Below, one piece after another: positions 45,061 through 54,720 of a stretch of 56,630 bases of DNA. Source of the DNA: Minisyncoccota bacterium (lineage in GTDB: Bacteria > Patescibacteriota > Minisyncoccia > Minisyncoccales > GCA-002788555); NCBI GenBank assembly GCA_028716825.1, contig JAQUPA010000002.1:1-56630 (forward strand). Direction: 5' to 3'. The translations under genes and the position numbers were made by a program. The notes under the pieces are model-generated. The model was not told where the DNA came from. It did not search any database and was given only the letters and a program-made list of their open reading frames with translations. Within the stretch, counting starts at the first letter, position 1, and each line of letters opens with the position of its first letter.

Positions 45061-46245
45061 CTATTTCTTTTTAATTTCTTTTATGGCTCTATTAAGTTGA
45101 GGATCTTTCTTTTCGCTTACGTCTTTTTCTGTTATTTTAATTTTAATATCTGGCTCAATGCCTTTACCTTCAATAAACTTTCCAGATGGCAAAAGCCAAT
45201 GAGCTGTTGTTATTTTTAGGGCTGAACTATCACTTAAGTTAATAAGCTCCTGAACAGTGCCTTTGCCAAATGTCTTCTCTCCTATTAATATGGTTTTTTG
45301 ATTATTTTCTTTTATTGCGCCAGCCAAAATTTCAGAAGCCGAAGCGGACCCTTCATCGATTAGAATTATCATTTTAAACCTAGCAAAACTAGCGGGACCT
45401 TCAGATTTTATATTCTCTATCTTCCCTTGCCCAAAATCTTGCTTTAAAATTATTTTATTTCTTGGAACAAAAAATTCTCCAATATTTATTGCAGAGTCAA
45501 GAAATCCTCCAGGATTTCCTCTCAAATCAAGTATCATACTATCTGTGCCACTTTTTAAAACTTCTTCTACCGCCTTTTCAAATTCTGTATAAGTATTCTC
45601 GTAAAAATTAAAAATTTGCAAATAGGCAATATTTCCGTCAAGCATTTTGAAATTTAAAACTGGTATTTTAACTTTAGATCTTTTTATTTTGACATTAAAA
45701 GTTTTTTTACTTCTTTTAATCTTTAAATTAACAATTGTTCCTGCTTTGCCGCGAATTTTCATCACAGCCTGAACTAAAGTCATATCACTCGTATTTTTTC
45801 CGTCTATTTGTAAAATTTTATCATTTGCCATAATACCCGCCGCTTCTGCCGGAGTTCCTTTAAGTGGCGCAACAACAGTTAATTGATTATCTTTTATTGT
45901 AATTTCAGCACCAATACCTTCATAAGAGCCTGTTAATTCTTCTCCTAGTTGAGAATTCTCTTTTGGATTAAGAAAATCTGAATATGAGTCACCAAGACTA
46001 CCAACAATTCCATCTATTGCTCCATATATCATTTCCTGTTCTTTTTCTTCTGAATATCCATAGAACTTATTCCTAATCTGAGACCATGCTTCAAAAATCG
46101 TGCCATAACGAGCACCTTCAATTAATTCTACTTTCTGTGCTTGAAAATAATATCCGCCGATTAAAAAACCAATAAAAAATACCAGCACAAAAAGAATTAT
46201 ATTTTTTAATTTGGAGTTTTGTTTTATTTTAAGCATCGGTTTCAT
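45061..46245 (-). CDS. S41-family C-terminal processing peptidase
   Basis: PDZ region PAEAAGIMANDKILQIDG; DLRGNPGG; GSASASEILAGAI. Confidence 0.9.
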   Translation of the reverse strand: MKPMLKIKQNSKLKNIILFVLVFFIGFLIGGYYFQAQKVELIEGARYGTIFEAWSQIRNKFYGYSEEKEQEMIYGAIDGIVGSLGDSYSDFLNPKENSQLGEELTGSYEGIGAEITIKDNQLTVVAPLKGTPAEAAGIMANDKILQIDGKNTSDMTLVQAVMKIRGKAGTIVNLKIKRSKKTFNVKIKRSKVKIPVLNFKMLDGNIAYLQIFNFYENTYTEFEKAVEEVLKSGTDSMILDLRGNPGGFLDSAINIGEFFVPRNKIILKQDFGQGKIENIKSEGPASFARFKMIILIDEGSASASEILAGAIKENNQKTILIGEKTFGKGTVQELINLSDSSALKITTAHWLLPSGKFIEGKGIEPDIKIKITEKDVSEKKDPQLNRAIKEIKKK

Positions 46246-46251
46246 AAAAAT

Positions 46252-47241
46252 TTATTTTCCTACTTTAGTTATCTCTTCCTCTTCTTTGTTTTCTTTTTCT
46301 TCAGTTAAAGCTCCTTCTTTAAAAATATTCTTTGCAACTTTCTGTATTTCGGAAAAATCTCCGGCTTTTGGTAATAATATATAAGCACCTCCCGCTGATT
46401 GAGTAGAATAAAGATAATTAGTATTATCAAAAACAACTTGTTCCACCTCGGCAACGTCAAACTTAGAAGCATTCTTTACTAAATACTGAATTTGAGAACC
46501 ATTTAAGTCTGTTCTAATATTTTCTTCAATACTATTAAAGACATTCCAAATTTTATCTGGCCTTGTAAGCGTCTTTAAAGAAAAAGCTTTCTCCTCTAGT
46601 GCTAAAACCACTTTTTGTTGCCTTTCCATTCTTGCAAAATCAGAATCATATTTTCTCATACCCACATAACCCAAAACCTCACTACCATCTAAATAATTTT
46701 CTCCCGGTCTAATTTGAACTTCATGTCCATAAAAATTCTCATAAAACCATTTATCTTCATGAACAGTAATTCCTCCAACAGAATCAACTATTTCTTTTAA
46801 AGCGTCAACATCCACAACAATAACAAAATCAATATCAAGACCAATAACTTCTGATATTGCTTCTTTTGCCATTCTTATTCCTTCTTTAGGATCTCCCTTA
46901 CCATTAAATCCTGCTGCATAAGCAGAGTTTATTTTTTGACTTCCATTGCCCGGAATATCAATCCAAAGGTCTCTTGGAATAGAAACTATCGCAGCTTTGC
47001 CCGTTTCTTTTTCGTAAGAAAGAACCATTATACTGTCAGTTAAAATTCCTCCGCCGCTTGCTTTTTCACCCCTATTTCCAAGAATTAAAACGTCCCATCT
47101 TTTATCTTTGTTTGGATCAAAGAGAGATTCACCCGTACTTACGGTTGAAAAAGTATTAACTCCTTTAATTAAAATAACAGCAGCTACGCCAGCCACCAAA
47201 ATAATAAAAATTATAATTATTCTTTTTAAAATTTTTTCCAT
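46252..47241 (-). CDS. LytR-CpsA-Psr (LCP) family protein
   Basis: TDSIMVLSY and VSIPRDLWIDIPG. I prefer the ATG at 47241-47239 because the track start (47268) runs into tRNA-Lys. Confidence 0.85.
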   Translation of the reverse strand: MEKILKRIIIIFIILVAGVAAVILIKGVNTFSTVSTGESLFDPNKDKRWDVLILGNRGEKASGGGILTDSIMVLSYEKETGKAAIVSIPRDLWIDIPGNGSQKINSAYAAGFNGKGDPKEGIRMAKEAISEVIGLDIDFVIVVDVDALKEIVDSVGGITVHEDKWFYENFYGHEVQIRPGENYLDGSEVLGYVGMRKYDSDFARMERQQKVVLALEEKAFSLKTLTRPDKIWNVFNSIEENIRTDLNGSQIQYLVKNASKFDVAEVEQVVFDNTNYLYSTQSAGGAYILLPKAGDFSEIQKVAKNIFKEGALTEEKENKEEEEITKVGK

Positions 47242-47258
47242 AATTTTACTTAAAAATA

Positions 47259-47331
47259 TGCCCCGCACAGGACTCGAACCTGTAACTTACTGCTTAAAAG
47301 GCAGTTACTCTACCAATTGAGTTAGCGGGGC
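47259..47331 (-). tRNA. tRNA-Lys (anticodon TTT)
   Basis: acceptor GCCCCGC/GCGGGGC, anticodon arm ACTGC-CTTTTAA-GCAGT, T-loop GGTTCGAGTCC. Confidence 0.9.
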
Positions 47332-47410
47332 AAATTTTATAAAAAAGCTTTAAAGCCAAAACTAAACGTAATAATTTTACTTTAAAATATAAAAAAATCA
47401 ACACCCCTTG

Positions 47411-49132
47411 TTAATCTTTTGGAGGAATACCAAGATAATTAAAAAGATACTGATTTATCTCTTTAGCAACCGGGGCTAATGAATCAGAAGAAAATCTTGG
47501 ACCTCCTCTTGGTCCATCCATTTTTATCAATAAAATAAACTCTGATTTAAAAGCAGGGGCAAAGTTTATAAAAGACTGAATGGTACGCGAAGAATAACCG
47601 CTCTTTTGAATACCAAAATAAGAATAAGAAGCCTGAGCGGTTCCCGTCTTTCCCGCGATTAAATATCCTTTTACGGCCGCTTTTTTACCGTAGCCATTTT
47701 TTACAGCACTTACCATCATTGCAGATGTTCTGCTTGCAGATTCTGGAGAAATAACTTTTCTAACTTTTTTTGTTTTTATTTCTTCTACTTTTCCATTCTG
47801 ATGTATAATTTTTTTAACTATATGTGGCTTTACCATCTCTCCTTCGTTGGCAATCGCGCTAAAAGCCATAAGTATCTGGACAGGATTTGCAGTTATCCCT
47901 TGCCCAAAAGATGCATTTGCGCATTCTATTAATTTTGCATTTGAACGGGGGTGTAAAATATTCTCTATATCTCCAGCTTCTTCACCATAAAAATCTATGT
48001 TGGTTTTTTTACCAAAACCAAACTTCTTAACGTATTGAACAAACTTTGTCCTCCCAATTTTTTGCTGCATAAAAACTGCTCCTGTGTTTAAAGAAAATTC
48101 AATGACTTGAGTCATTGTTTTTGTGCCATGTGCTTTAAGGTCTGAATTTTTAATAGCAAAGCCCGATATTTTAAGCACTCCTTTGTCGACATATTTTGTA
48201 TCTGGAGTTACAACTTTCTCTTCAAGAGCTATTGATGCAGTAAGTGGTTTAAAAATTGATCCAGGTTCAAAAGGCAAAACAGCTGGGTTTTTAAAAACAC
48301 TAACATCTTTTTCTTTTTGATAATTATTGGGATCAAAATTAGGAGAAGAAGCCATCCCTAATATCTCTCCTGTTTTTGGAGACATAACTATAATTGTCGC
48401 ATTATCTGGTTTATATTTTTCAAAAAGCTCCTTTGCTTTATTTTCTAAAAAAAATTGTATATTAGAATCAATTGTAAGTATCAAATCACTCCCATCCACA
48501 GGATCTTTAACTTGATTTTGCACAGAAAATATTGGATCTTGATTTGCATCCACAACACCTCTCCTAAAACCATCTTTTCCGGCAAGTTGTTTCTCATGAT
48601 AACCCTCTATACCATATTGACCAACTTTCTTTTTGCCGGTCTGATCAAACCCATAAAAACCAATAAGACTTGAGGCAATCTCTCCCTGGGGATAAAATCT
48701 ATTAAAATATGGCTCTAAATGAACTCCTGGAATGTCTTCAATTTTTTCTGTTTTTGAAAGGGAAACTTTATTTTTAATAATTATCCAGGGATCATTGCTT
48801 TTTATTTTTGACGATAAAGATGATTCTGAAATACTAAGCGCTAAAGACAATTTAGAAATTAATTCCTGTCTATTTTTTATTTCTCTTGGAGCAACGGCAA
48901 CATTTGCAACTCCCTGATTTTCTGCGAGTAATGTTGCCTCGTCCGAGAAAAAAACCTTACCTCTCTTTGCGTATATTTTTTTCTCTTTAATATGTTGACT
49001 TTCTGCTAGGGTTTTATATTTTTTATAATCTTTCACCTGTAGATAGAATAAGCGGCCCAAGATGACCGCTCCTAATAAAATAAAAAAAGAAAATAAAAGG
49101 TATAAACGAAAATCCGAATGATCTTTCTTCAT
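47411..49132 (-). CDS. class B penicillin-binding protein (FtsI/PBP2-type transpeptidase)
   Basis: SxxK (GSIFKP), SxN (FSLNTG), KTG (GKTGTA); N-terminal anchor; position in the mraZ-rsmH cluster. Confidence 0.9.
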   Translation of the reverse strand: MKKDHSDFRLYLLFSFFILLGAVILGRLFYLQVKDYKKYKTLAESQHIKEKKIYAKRGKVFFSDEATLLAENQGVANVAVAPREIKNRQELISKLSLALSISESSLSSKIKSNDPWIIIKNKVSLSKTEKIEDIPGVHLEPYFNRFYPQGEIASSLIGFYGFDQTGKKKVGQYGIEGYHEKQLAGKDGFRRGVVDANQDPIFSVQNQVKDPVDGSDLILTIDSNIQFFLENKAKELFEKYKPDNATIIVMSPKTGEILGMASSPNFDPNNYQKEKDVSVFKNPAVLPFEPGSIFKPLTASIALEEKVVTPDTKYVDKGVLKISGFAIKNSDLKAHGTKTMTQVIEFSLNTGAVFMQQKIGRTKFVQYVKKFGFGKKTNIDFYGEEAGDIENILHPRSNAKLIECANASFGQGITANPVQILMAFSAIANEGEMVKPHIVKKIIHQNGKVEEIKTKKVRKVISPESASRTSAMMVSAVKNGYGKKAAVKGYLIAGKTGTAQASYSYFGIQKSGYSSRTIQSFINFAPAFKSEFILLIKMDGPRGGPRFSSDSLAPVAKEINQYLFNYLGIPPKD

Positions 49133-49174
49133 TATTATTTTAAAATTAGTTATTTAGTAATAAATTATTTAAAG

Positions 49175-49564
49175 CTATTTTTCAAGAGAAAGGCTGCCGA
49201 CTTCAGAAAGTTTAACAAACCTTACGTTTTTTGCTTCTACTAATTTTAATTTATCCGCTGCTGCCTTTATTCTTTTTATTGAGGCATTTTCAATGATTTC
49301 GGATTCAAGAGCCTGAGTTTTTGTCTCTACCTCTGTTGATTTTTCCACAATTTTTCTTAGGTTAAAATTCGCCTCAACTAATTGTAAATTTAAATAGAGA
49401 TAAAAAATCATTGTTCCTAAAAATAAGATACATAGAAATAAAGATATTCGAAAAACTTTCTTATTTGGAACAACAACTGCAGTTCTTGTAGAAGAACTCC
49501 CGTTCTTCTGGTGTTTGTTTATCGGACGGCTGATAACAGATACGGTTGATAATGCTTGGGGCAT
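49175..49564 (-). CDS. FtsL-like single-pass membrane protein
   Basis: TM helix followed by a coiled coil; position between rsmH and the PBP gene. Confidence 0.4.
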   Translation of the reverse strand: MPQALSTVSVISRPINKHQKNGSSSTRTAVVVPNKKVFRISLFLCILFLGTMIFYLYLNLQLVEANFNLRKIVEKSTEVETKTQALESEIIENASIKRIKAAADKLKLVEAKNVRFVKLSEVGSLSLEK

Positions 49565-49571
49565 AATTTTA

Positions 49572-50462
49572 TTATTTTTTAATGCAAGCTCTTAATTTAG
49601 CGCTTCGTGATTTTGGATTTTTGTTTATTTCTTCACTTGTCGCTTTTATTGATTTTTTCGTTAAAATTTCAACTTTCTTTTCTCCCTTTAAAAAATTTTT
49701 TACGATTCTGTCTTCAAGAGAATGAAAAGAAATGATAACTATTTTACCGCCTGGTTTTAAAATTTCCACTGCTTGCGGTAAGGTTTTTTTTATGTTTTCA
49801 AGCTCACTATTTACCTTTATTCTTAATGCTTGGAAGGTTCTTGTAGCGGGATGAATTTTTTCTTTGGCCTTTCCTGGTTTTACTTCTTCGATAATCCTTA
49901 CAAGCTCTGTTGTTTTTAAAATTGGCTTTTTCTTCCTTTCTTCAATTATTTTTTCCGCAATTTTTCTTGAATATCTCTCTTCTCCGTAAATCCTTAAAAT
50001 CTTTTCTATATCTTCTTTCTGCCATTTATTTACTATATCCATTGCAGTTATTCCCCTCTTCTCATATCTCATGTCTAAAAGTTCATCTCTTAAAAAAGAA
50101 AATCCTCTCTCTGATTTTTCTATATGCCAGGAAGAAAAACCTAGATCAAAAAGTACGCCAGATATCCTTCGATTCAACTCAGGACAAGTTTTATCTACAA
50201 TCTTTTTTAAATTTTTAAAGTTATCATTTACTAAAACTAATCTTTTTTCAAACTGCTCTAATCTTTTTCTTGTCTTTTCTAATAATTCTTTGTCCAGCTC
50301 TATGCCCAATATTTTTCCTTTTGGTAGTGTCTTTTTTAAAATTTCAAAGCTGTGCCCTCCTCCGTCAAAAGTCGCATCTATAAAATTTTCATTGGGCTTT
50401 GGACTTAAATATTTAATAACTTCTTTTTTAAGGACGGACTCATGTAAGCTATTATTTACCAT
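49572..50462 (-). CDS. rsmH: 16S rRNA (cytosine1402-N4)-methyltransferase
   Basis: HESVLKKEV and DATFDGGGHS; position after mraZ. Confidence 0.95.
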   Translation of the reverse strand: MVNNSLHESVLKKEVIKYLSPKPNENFIDATFDGGGHSFEILKKTLPKGKILGIELDKELLEKTRKRLEQFEKRLVLVNDNFKNLKKIVDKTCPELNRRISGVLFDLGFSSWHIEKSERGFSFLRDELLDMRYEKRGITAMDIVNKWQKEDIEKILRIYGEERYSRKIAEKIIEERKKKPILKTTELVRIIEEVKPGKAKEKIHPATRTFQALRIKVNSELENIKKTLPQAVEILKPGGKIVIISFHSLEDRIVKNFLKGEKKVEILTKKSIKATSEEINKNPKSRSAKLRACIKK

Positions 50463-50482
50463 TAGTCATTTACTGTTTATTA

Positions 50483-50917
50483 TTAAAGCCCCCCTATCTC
50501 AGATAACCTTTCTGCCATATTTCCAACTTCCTTTTCTGATTTTTGCTGATACTGTTTCCACCTAGTTTCATCCCAAAGTTCTATATGATTATAAAGACCA
50601 ACAATTACTACTTTCTTTTTTAGGCTTGCGTATTTTTTAAGATAATCGGGAATTAAAATCCTGCCAAGATTATCAATCGAAGTTTCCATCGCACCCGACA
50701 GCATTGTTCGTTGAAATCCCCTTGCGTCTGCCTGGCCTAAAGGAAGTTTTCCTAATTTCTCTGCAAGCTTTTCCCATTCTTTTGGTGAATACAAAAATAA
50801 ACATCCATCAAGCCCTCTTGTCACAATCGCTTTTTTTCCAAGTTCACGTCTGAATTTAGACGGGATTGATAATCTCTTTTTCTCATCTATTAAATATTTG
50901 TATTCACCGATAAACAT
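50483..50917 (-). CDS. mraZ: transcriptional regulator MraZ
   Basis: MFIGEYKYLIDEKKRLSIPSKFR and the second SpoVT/AbrB-like repeat. Confidence 0.95.
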   Translation of the reverse strand: MFIGEYKYLIDEKKRLSIPSKFRRELGKKAIVTRGLDGCLFLYSPKEWEKLAEKLGKLPLGQADARGFQRTMLSGAMETSIDNLGRILIPDYLKKYASLKKKVVIVGLYNHIELWDETRWKQYQQKSEKEVGNMAERLSEIGGL

Positions 50918-50960
50918 AAACTATCTTAGGTTAATTATCCCCAAATATTAGTAGTTTTCC

Positions 50961-51021
50961 CCACCTTTTTCCACTAAAAACCACTTTAATTACATTTTAT
51001 TCCACTTGAAAATTTTGTCAA
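50961..51021 (-). promoter_or_regulatory. mraZ promoter with an array of GTGG boxes (candidate MraZ operator)
   Basis: minus strand TTGACA (51021-51016), 16-nt spacer, TAAAAT (50999-50994). GTGG boxes at 51005-51002, 50984-50981, 50974-50971 and 50964-50961; the last three are spaced exactly 10 nt apart. Confidence 0.6.
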
Positions 51022-51104
51022 GGGCTTTTTGATAAAAAATAAAAACCGCGTCCATTACAGACGCAGTCCGATTCATCTTTTATAAAAAAGTTAATAAAAG
51101 ATTA

Positions 51105-52328
51105 CTATCTTATCGGTGGTAAAACTTTTTCAATATCCCCAATCTCTTTTCTTATATAATTTTGTATTTTTTCAATTAGATCGAGATCTTCTATTAAATC
51201 ATTAACTAACTTTTGTCTTTCTTCTTTCTCTTTTTCCGTAATATGGTCTTTTGTAATATCCATATCTTTTAAAGCTTTCATTTCTCTACTAACTTCTTCT
51301 TTTAAAAGTCCAAAACCATCAATAACACTATCGTTGGCTTCTTTTATTTCTTTTAACAAATTCATTCTCTTTTTTGCACGTTTTTGTAAATTATAGAGAA
51401 AATAAGTAAGAAGAATAAAAAGGGTAATGGACAAAAATAAAATTATGCTTCCGTAAATTATTTCTTCTCTTATAAATTTTCCCAAAACAACAACACCTCC
51501 TCTTTCTAGGGTTAGTGTTATTTTTTTTGACGGTGCAGAAATCTCTCCCTTTTCGTTTTTTGCTTTTGCATAAATATGATATTTACCGGGTCGCAAAAAC
51601 CTGTTATGAACATAAGACCAGGTATTATCTGAATCAACTTTTATTGTCGCTATAATTGGTTCTACCCCTTCTTTTTCTATATATAAAATTATGGTTAATT
51701 TTGAATCTGCTTTTCCTTCAACAAAAAAAACTTCTGTTGAACTTAATTTTTCGGGATATGTAGTTATTTGAGGAGCTTGAACCCTCTTTATTTCTGTTTT
51801 CTTTTTAGTAGGAATAGGCACTTTTTCTTTATTTAAATTATATTCTGCTCCTTCAAGGTCTCTTAAAATATCTGTACCCTTAGCGTCGTTTGCCAAAACA
51901 GAACCTTCCTGAAAATCAAGATTAACTTTGCCAGTTGATTTTGCCCTGAAAGAAATTTCTAAAATCTCTCCGGAATTACCAGAAAATCCTGGGGCTGGCA
52001 AGCCCCCGCCGAAACTTATATTTCCTTCGTAATTTGAAAAATGAGTTGAAGAATCCCATAAAGAGAAAATAGAATTACCCCTTTCAATGTCTAAAATTTC
52101 TAATTTTTCTTTCGGAAAATTAATTATTCCCCTTGCAGAGTTTATTCTATAACCTCCTGTATTTACTTTTATTTTTACTTTAAATACTTGCTCTTCTTTG
52201 TAAACACCGGTAGCAGGATCAATATATAAAGTTGCTGCTTTTGGTTGAGCAAGAATAGTTTTTACGTCAAAAAACAAAATACACGTAGCTATCGTAATGA
52301 TTATTAAAAATATTTTTTTGTTCCTCAT
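51105..52328 (-). CDS. cohesin-like domain membrane protein with a cytoplasmic coiled-coil tail (paralog 3)
   Basis: Signal peptide; ATLYIDPATG...ANDAKGTD block paralogous to the two upstream genes; TM helix near aa 290-310; charged helical C-terminus. Confidence 0.55.
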   Translation of the reverse strand: MRNKKIFLIIITIATCILFFDVKTILAQPKAATLYIDPATGVYKEEQVFKVKIKVNTGGYRINSARGIINFPKEKLEILDIERGNSIFSLWDSSTHFSNYEGNISFGGGLPAPGFSGNSGEILEISFRAKSTGKVNLDFQEGSVLANDAKGTDILRDLEGAEYNLNKEKVPIPTKKKTEIKRVQAPQITTYPEKLSSTEVFFVEGKADSKLTIILYIEKEGVEPIIATIKVDSDNTWSYVHNRFLRPGKYHIYAKAKNEKGEISAPSKKITLTLERGGVVVLGKFIREEIIYGSIILFLSITLFILLTYFLYNLQKRAKKRMNLLKEIKEANDSVIDGFGLLKEEVSREMKALKDMDITKDHITEKEKEERQKLVNDLIEDLDLIEKIQNYIRKEIGDIEKVLPPIR

Positions 52329-52336
52329 GTTGTTTT

Positions 52337-53713
52337 TTATCTTTGCTCTTTGCTTAAATATCTTGATCTAAGTTTTTCCAGTTCTTCAAATTTCTCTTGA
52401 ATCTTTTCTCTCGTTGCAACATTTTCGCTAAGTTTTTTATCTAAACTCAAAAGTTCATTATCAATAATCTCTTTCATATTGCCTAATCCTTCCTTCACAC
52501 GTTTTTCTTCTTCTTTATCTTTCTTTCTGCCTAAGTAAATTAAGAAAATAATTATGCCTGATATAATTATCAAAAGAAGTAATAAAAGATACCAAGGAAT
52601 TAAAACTCCCCTTATTGAAATACCCCTACTCCCCATAAAAGATATCCATGGCGAGACAATTTCTATTTTGATTTTTCCATCCTTCCAATTACCCGCTTTA
52701 TCAAAAGCCCTTACAATAACTTGGTAGGTGCCTTTTTCTAGTTTTGGAAGCTGGTATGGACTAATTTGTTCTGAGAAAGGATATATTTCTTGCTCGCCAG
52801 GCTTGCTAAGATTTATTATCTTTACCTCATAATAATCAACTCCGGAATGAACATCTGTCGTTAAAAAAGAAATAACTGGCCGAGGACTTGAAGTTCTTGG
52901 TGTATCACATTGAATTTCAAAATCGGCTGGCGATTGATTATCTATTCTCAAAAGAAAAGTAGTAACACCTCCCCAATTACCAGCTTTTTTTGATTTTATG
53001 TGAAAATACCAAAAACCACTCTCAATGTTTTCATAATAAGTAGAATTTTTAATGCCTTCGGAAACATTATCAGGAATAGTTGTTGGTTCACGCGTCAAAA
53101 CATAACTATAATCTGTAACACCAGTATCTTCTTTCCACAAAATAATTGGATTATTGTCTCTATACCATTTTTCTTGATCTGGGTGAGTTGTGGAATAAAC
53201 AAAGGGTCCTTTTGGTGGAGGAATTTTAATCGTGTACTTTCCCCCCACTGTTGAAATCGGAAGCTCTGTCCCCTTTCCATCATTTAAAAGAATTTTTGAA
53301 GATCCACTAAAATAAAGATTAGCTTCTCCTGGTGACTTTGCTCTAAACTTTACTTTAAAGATAAGACCAGAAGAAGTTTTAATTCCAGGGTTTGGTATAC
53401 CTCCCCTTAAAGAAAGAGTACCATCAATATTGGAATAATCAGGAGGTGAAGTCCATATTTGGATTATTGATTTTCCTGAAAATGGTTCAACAATTTGAAT
53501 TTTATCCTGAGGAAATCTTAAATCAACCTGAATAGCGTTTATGTATTGGTTTTTGGTATCTAATATTATATCAACATCAAAAGTGCTACCAACAAAAGTA
53601 GTTTTAGTCTTTGGAGAAAAATTTAAAACCGCACCTTGTGCGTTAACCGAAGACACAGAAATAAAAATAATAAAAATTAATAACGAAAAAAATAATATGA
53701 ATTTCCTTTTCAT
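52337..53713 (-). CDS. cohesin-like domain membrane protein with a cytoplasmic coiled-coil tail (paralog 2)
   Basis: Signal peptide; AVLNFSP...LLNDGKGTE block; TTDVHSGVDYYEV and AFDKAGNW Ig-like segment; TM helix; C-terminal coiled coil. Confidence 0.55.
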   Translation of the reverse strand: MKRKFILFFSLLIFIIFISVSSVNAQGAVLNFSPKTKTTFVGSTFDVDIILDTKNQYINAIQVDLRFPQDKIQIVEPFSGKSIIQIWTSPPDYSNIDGTLSLRGGIPNPGIKTSSGLIFKVKFRAKSPGEANLYFSGSSKILLNDGKGTELPISTVGGKYTIKIPPPKGPFVYSTTHPDQEKWYRDNNPIILWKEDTGVTDYSYVLTREPTTIPDNVSEGIKNSTYYENIESGFWYFHIKSKKAGNWGGVTTFLLRIDNQSPADFEIQCDTPRTSSPRPVISFLTTDVHSGVDYYEVKIINLSKPGEQEIYPFSEQISPYQLPKLEKGTYQVIVRAFDKAGNWKDGKIKIEIVSPWISFMGSRGISIRGVLIPWYLLLLLLIIISGIIIFLIYLGRKKDKEEEKRVKEGLGNMKEIIDNELLSLDKKLSENVATREKIQEKFEELEKLRSRYLSKEQR

Positions 53714-53785
53714 ATTTTCATATTAAAATTGGTATAATTTTTGATTTTATAAATTATAACACAAGTTTTAAAATAGAGATAAAAA

Positions 53786-54697
53786 TTAGTTCCTTTTTCG
53801 TCTTTTTTTTACTATCAAAAAAATTACACCAGAAAAAATAATTAACAAAATTAATATTACTAAATAATAAGCTTTATTTTGTGGATTCAATTTTTCTATT
53901 CTTTCATTGCCCGCTTTATCCACTGCTTTTACCATAATTTCGCTTTTCAAGGACTGATCCTTTAATAAATAAGGACTTTCTGTTCTTACCCACTCAGAAA
54001 CTTTATTATTTTTTTTATCTAAAGGCACTTCTAATACTTCATAATAATCAATACCCGTTTCTTTGTCTGTAGTTGCAAAAGAAATAAAATACTGATTATC
54101 AAAAACAAAAGAATCTTTTGATAATTTAATTTTAAAGGGTTGGGGCGGGGTCTTATCTTCTTTAAGTAATTTTTCCCATTCGTCTCCCGTGGCTTTATCC
54201 CCTGTAGTATTAATTAAAGCGGATTTTGTTTCTAATTTTGTTTCTGTACCTTTTCCGTCATTTAAAAGAACCCTCGCATTGTTGTCTATTTTAATTTCCC
54301 CTTTTCCCTTTTTTAAAACTCTAAAAACGATTGAAATAATCTTTCCATCTTTTCCTTTATAGCCATCTGGTTTACCCCCAGAAAAAGAAATAATTCCTTT
54401 TGTCGCTGATGGCTGATTGGTCCACAATTCTAAAATAGAATTTCCTGTACTTATTTCTTTAACTTCAAGTAAATCAACGGAATAGCTAATCTTTGCCTCA
54501 ATTGCATTAATTGTTTCGTTTTGAGTATCTAAAATTAAGTTCTCAATAAAGGTATCTCCTTTTGCGTAATTACTCTCTGCGGGTTCAAAATATAAATTTG
54601 CCGCATTGGTAAAATAGAAAAATAAAAATAAAAAACTGAAGGTAAAAATACTAAGTAATGATTTTTTAATTTTAAATTGTAATTTTGATTTTTGCAT
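53786..54697 (-). CDS. cohesin-like domain membrane protein (paralog 1)
   Basis: Signal peptide; ANLYFEPAES...LLNDGKGTE block; TTDKETGIDYYEV and AVDKAGNE; C-terminal TM helix then KKRRKRN. Confidence 0.55.
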   Translation of the reverse strand: MQKSKLQFKIKKSLLSIFTFSFLFLFFYFTNAANLYFEPAESNYAKGDTFIENLILDTQNETINAIEAKISYSVDLLEVKEISTGNSILELWTNQPSATKGIISFSGGKPDGYKGKDGKIISIVFRVLKKGKGEIKIDNNARVLLNDGKGTETKLETKSALINTTGDKATGDEWEKLLKEDKTPPQPFKIKLSKDSFVFDNQYFISFATTDKETGIDYYEVLEVPLDKKNNKVSEWVRTESPYLLKDQSLKSEIMVKAVDKAGNERIEKLNPQNKAYYLVILILLIIFSGVIFLIVKKRRKRN

Positions 54698-54720
54698 TTT
54701 GATTTTTAATTTTTTTTAAA

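Noticed and set aside
47108-47320. Plus-strand ORF 47108..47320
   Set aside because: It is antisense to the LCP gene and runs through tRNA-Lys.
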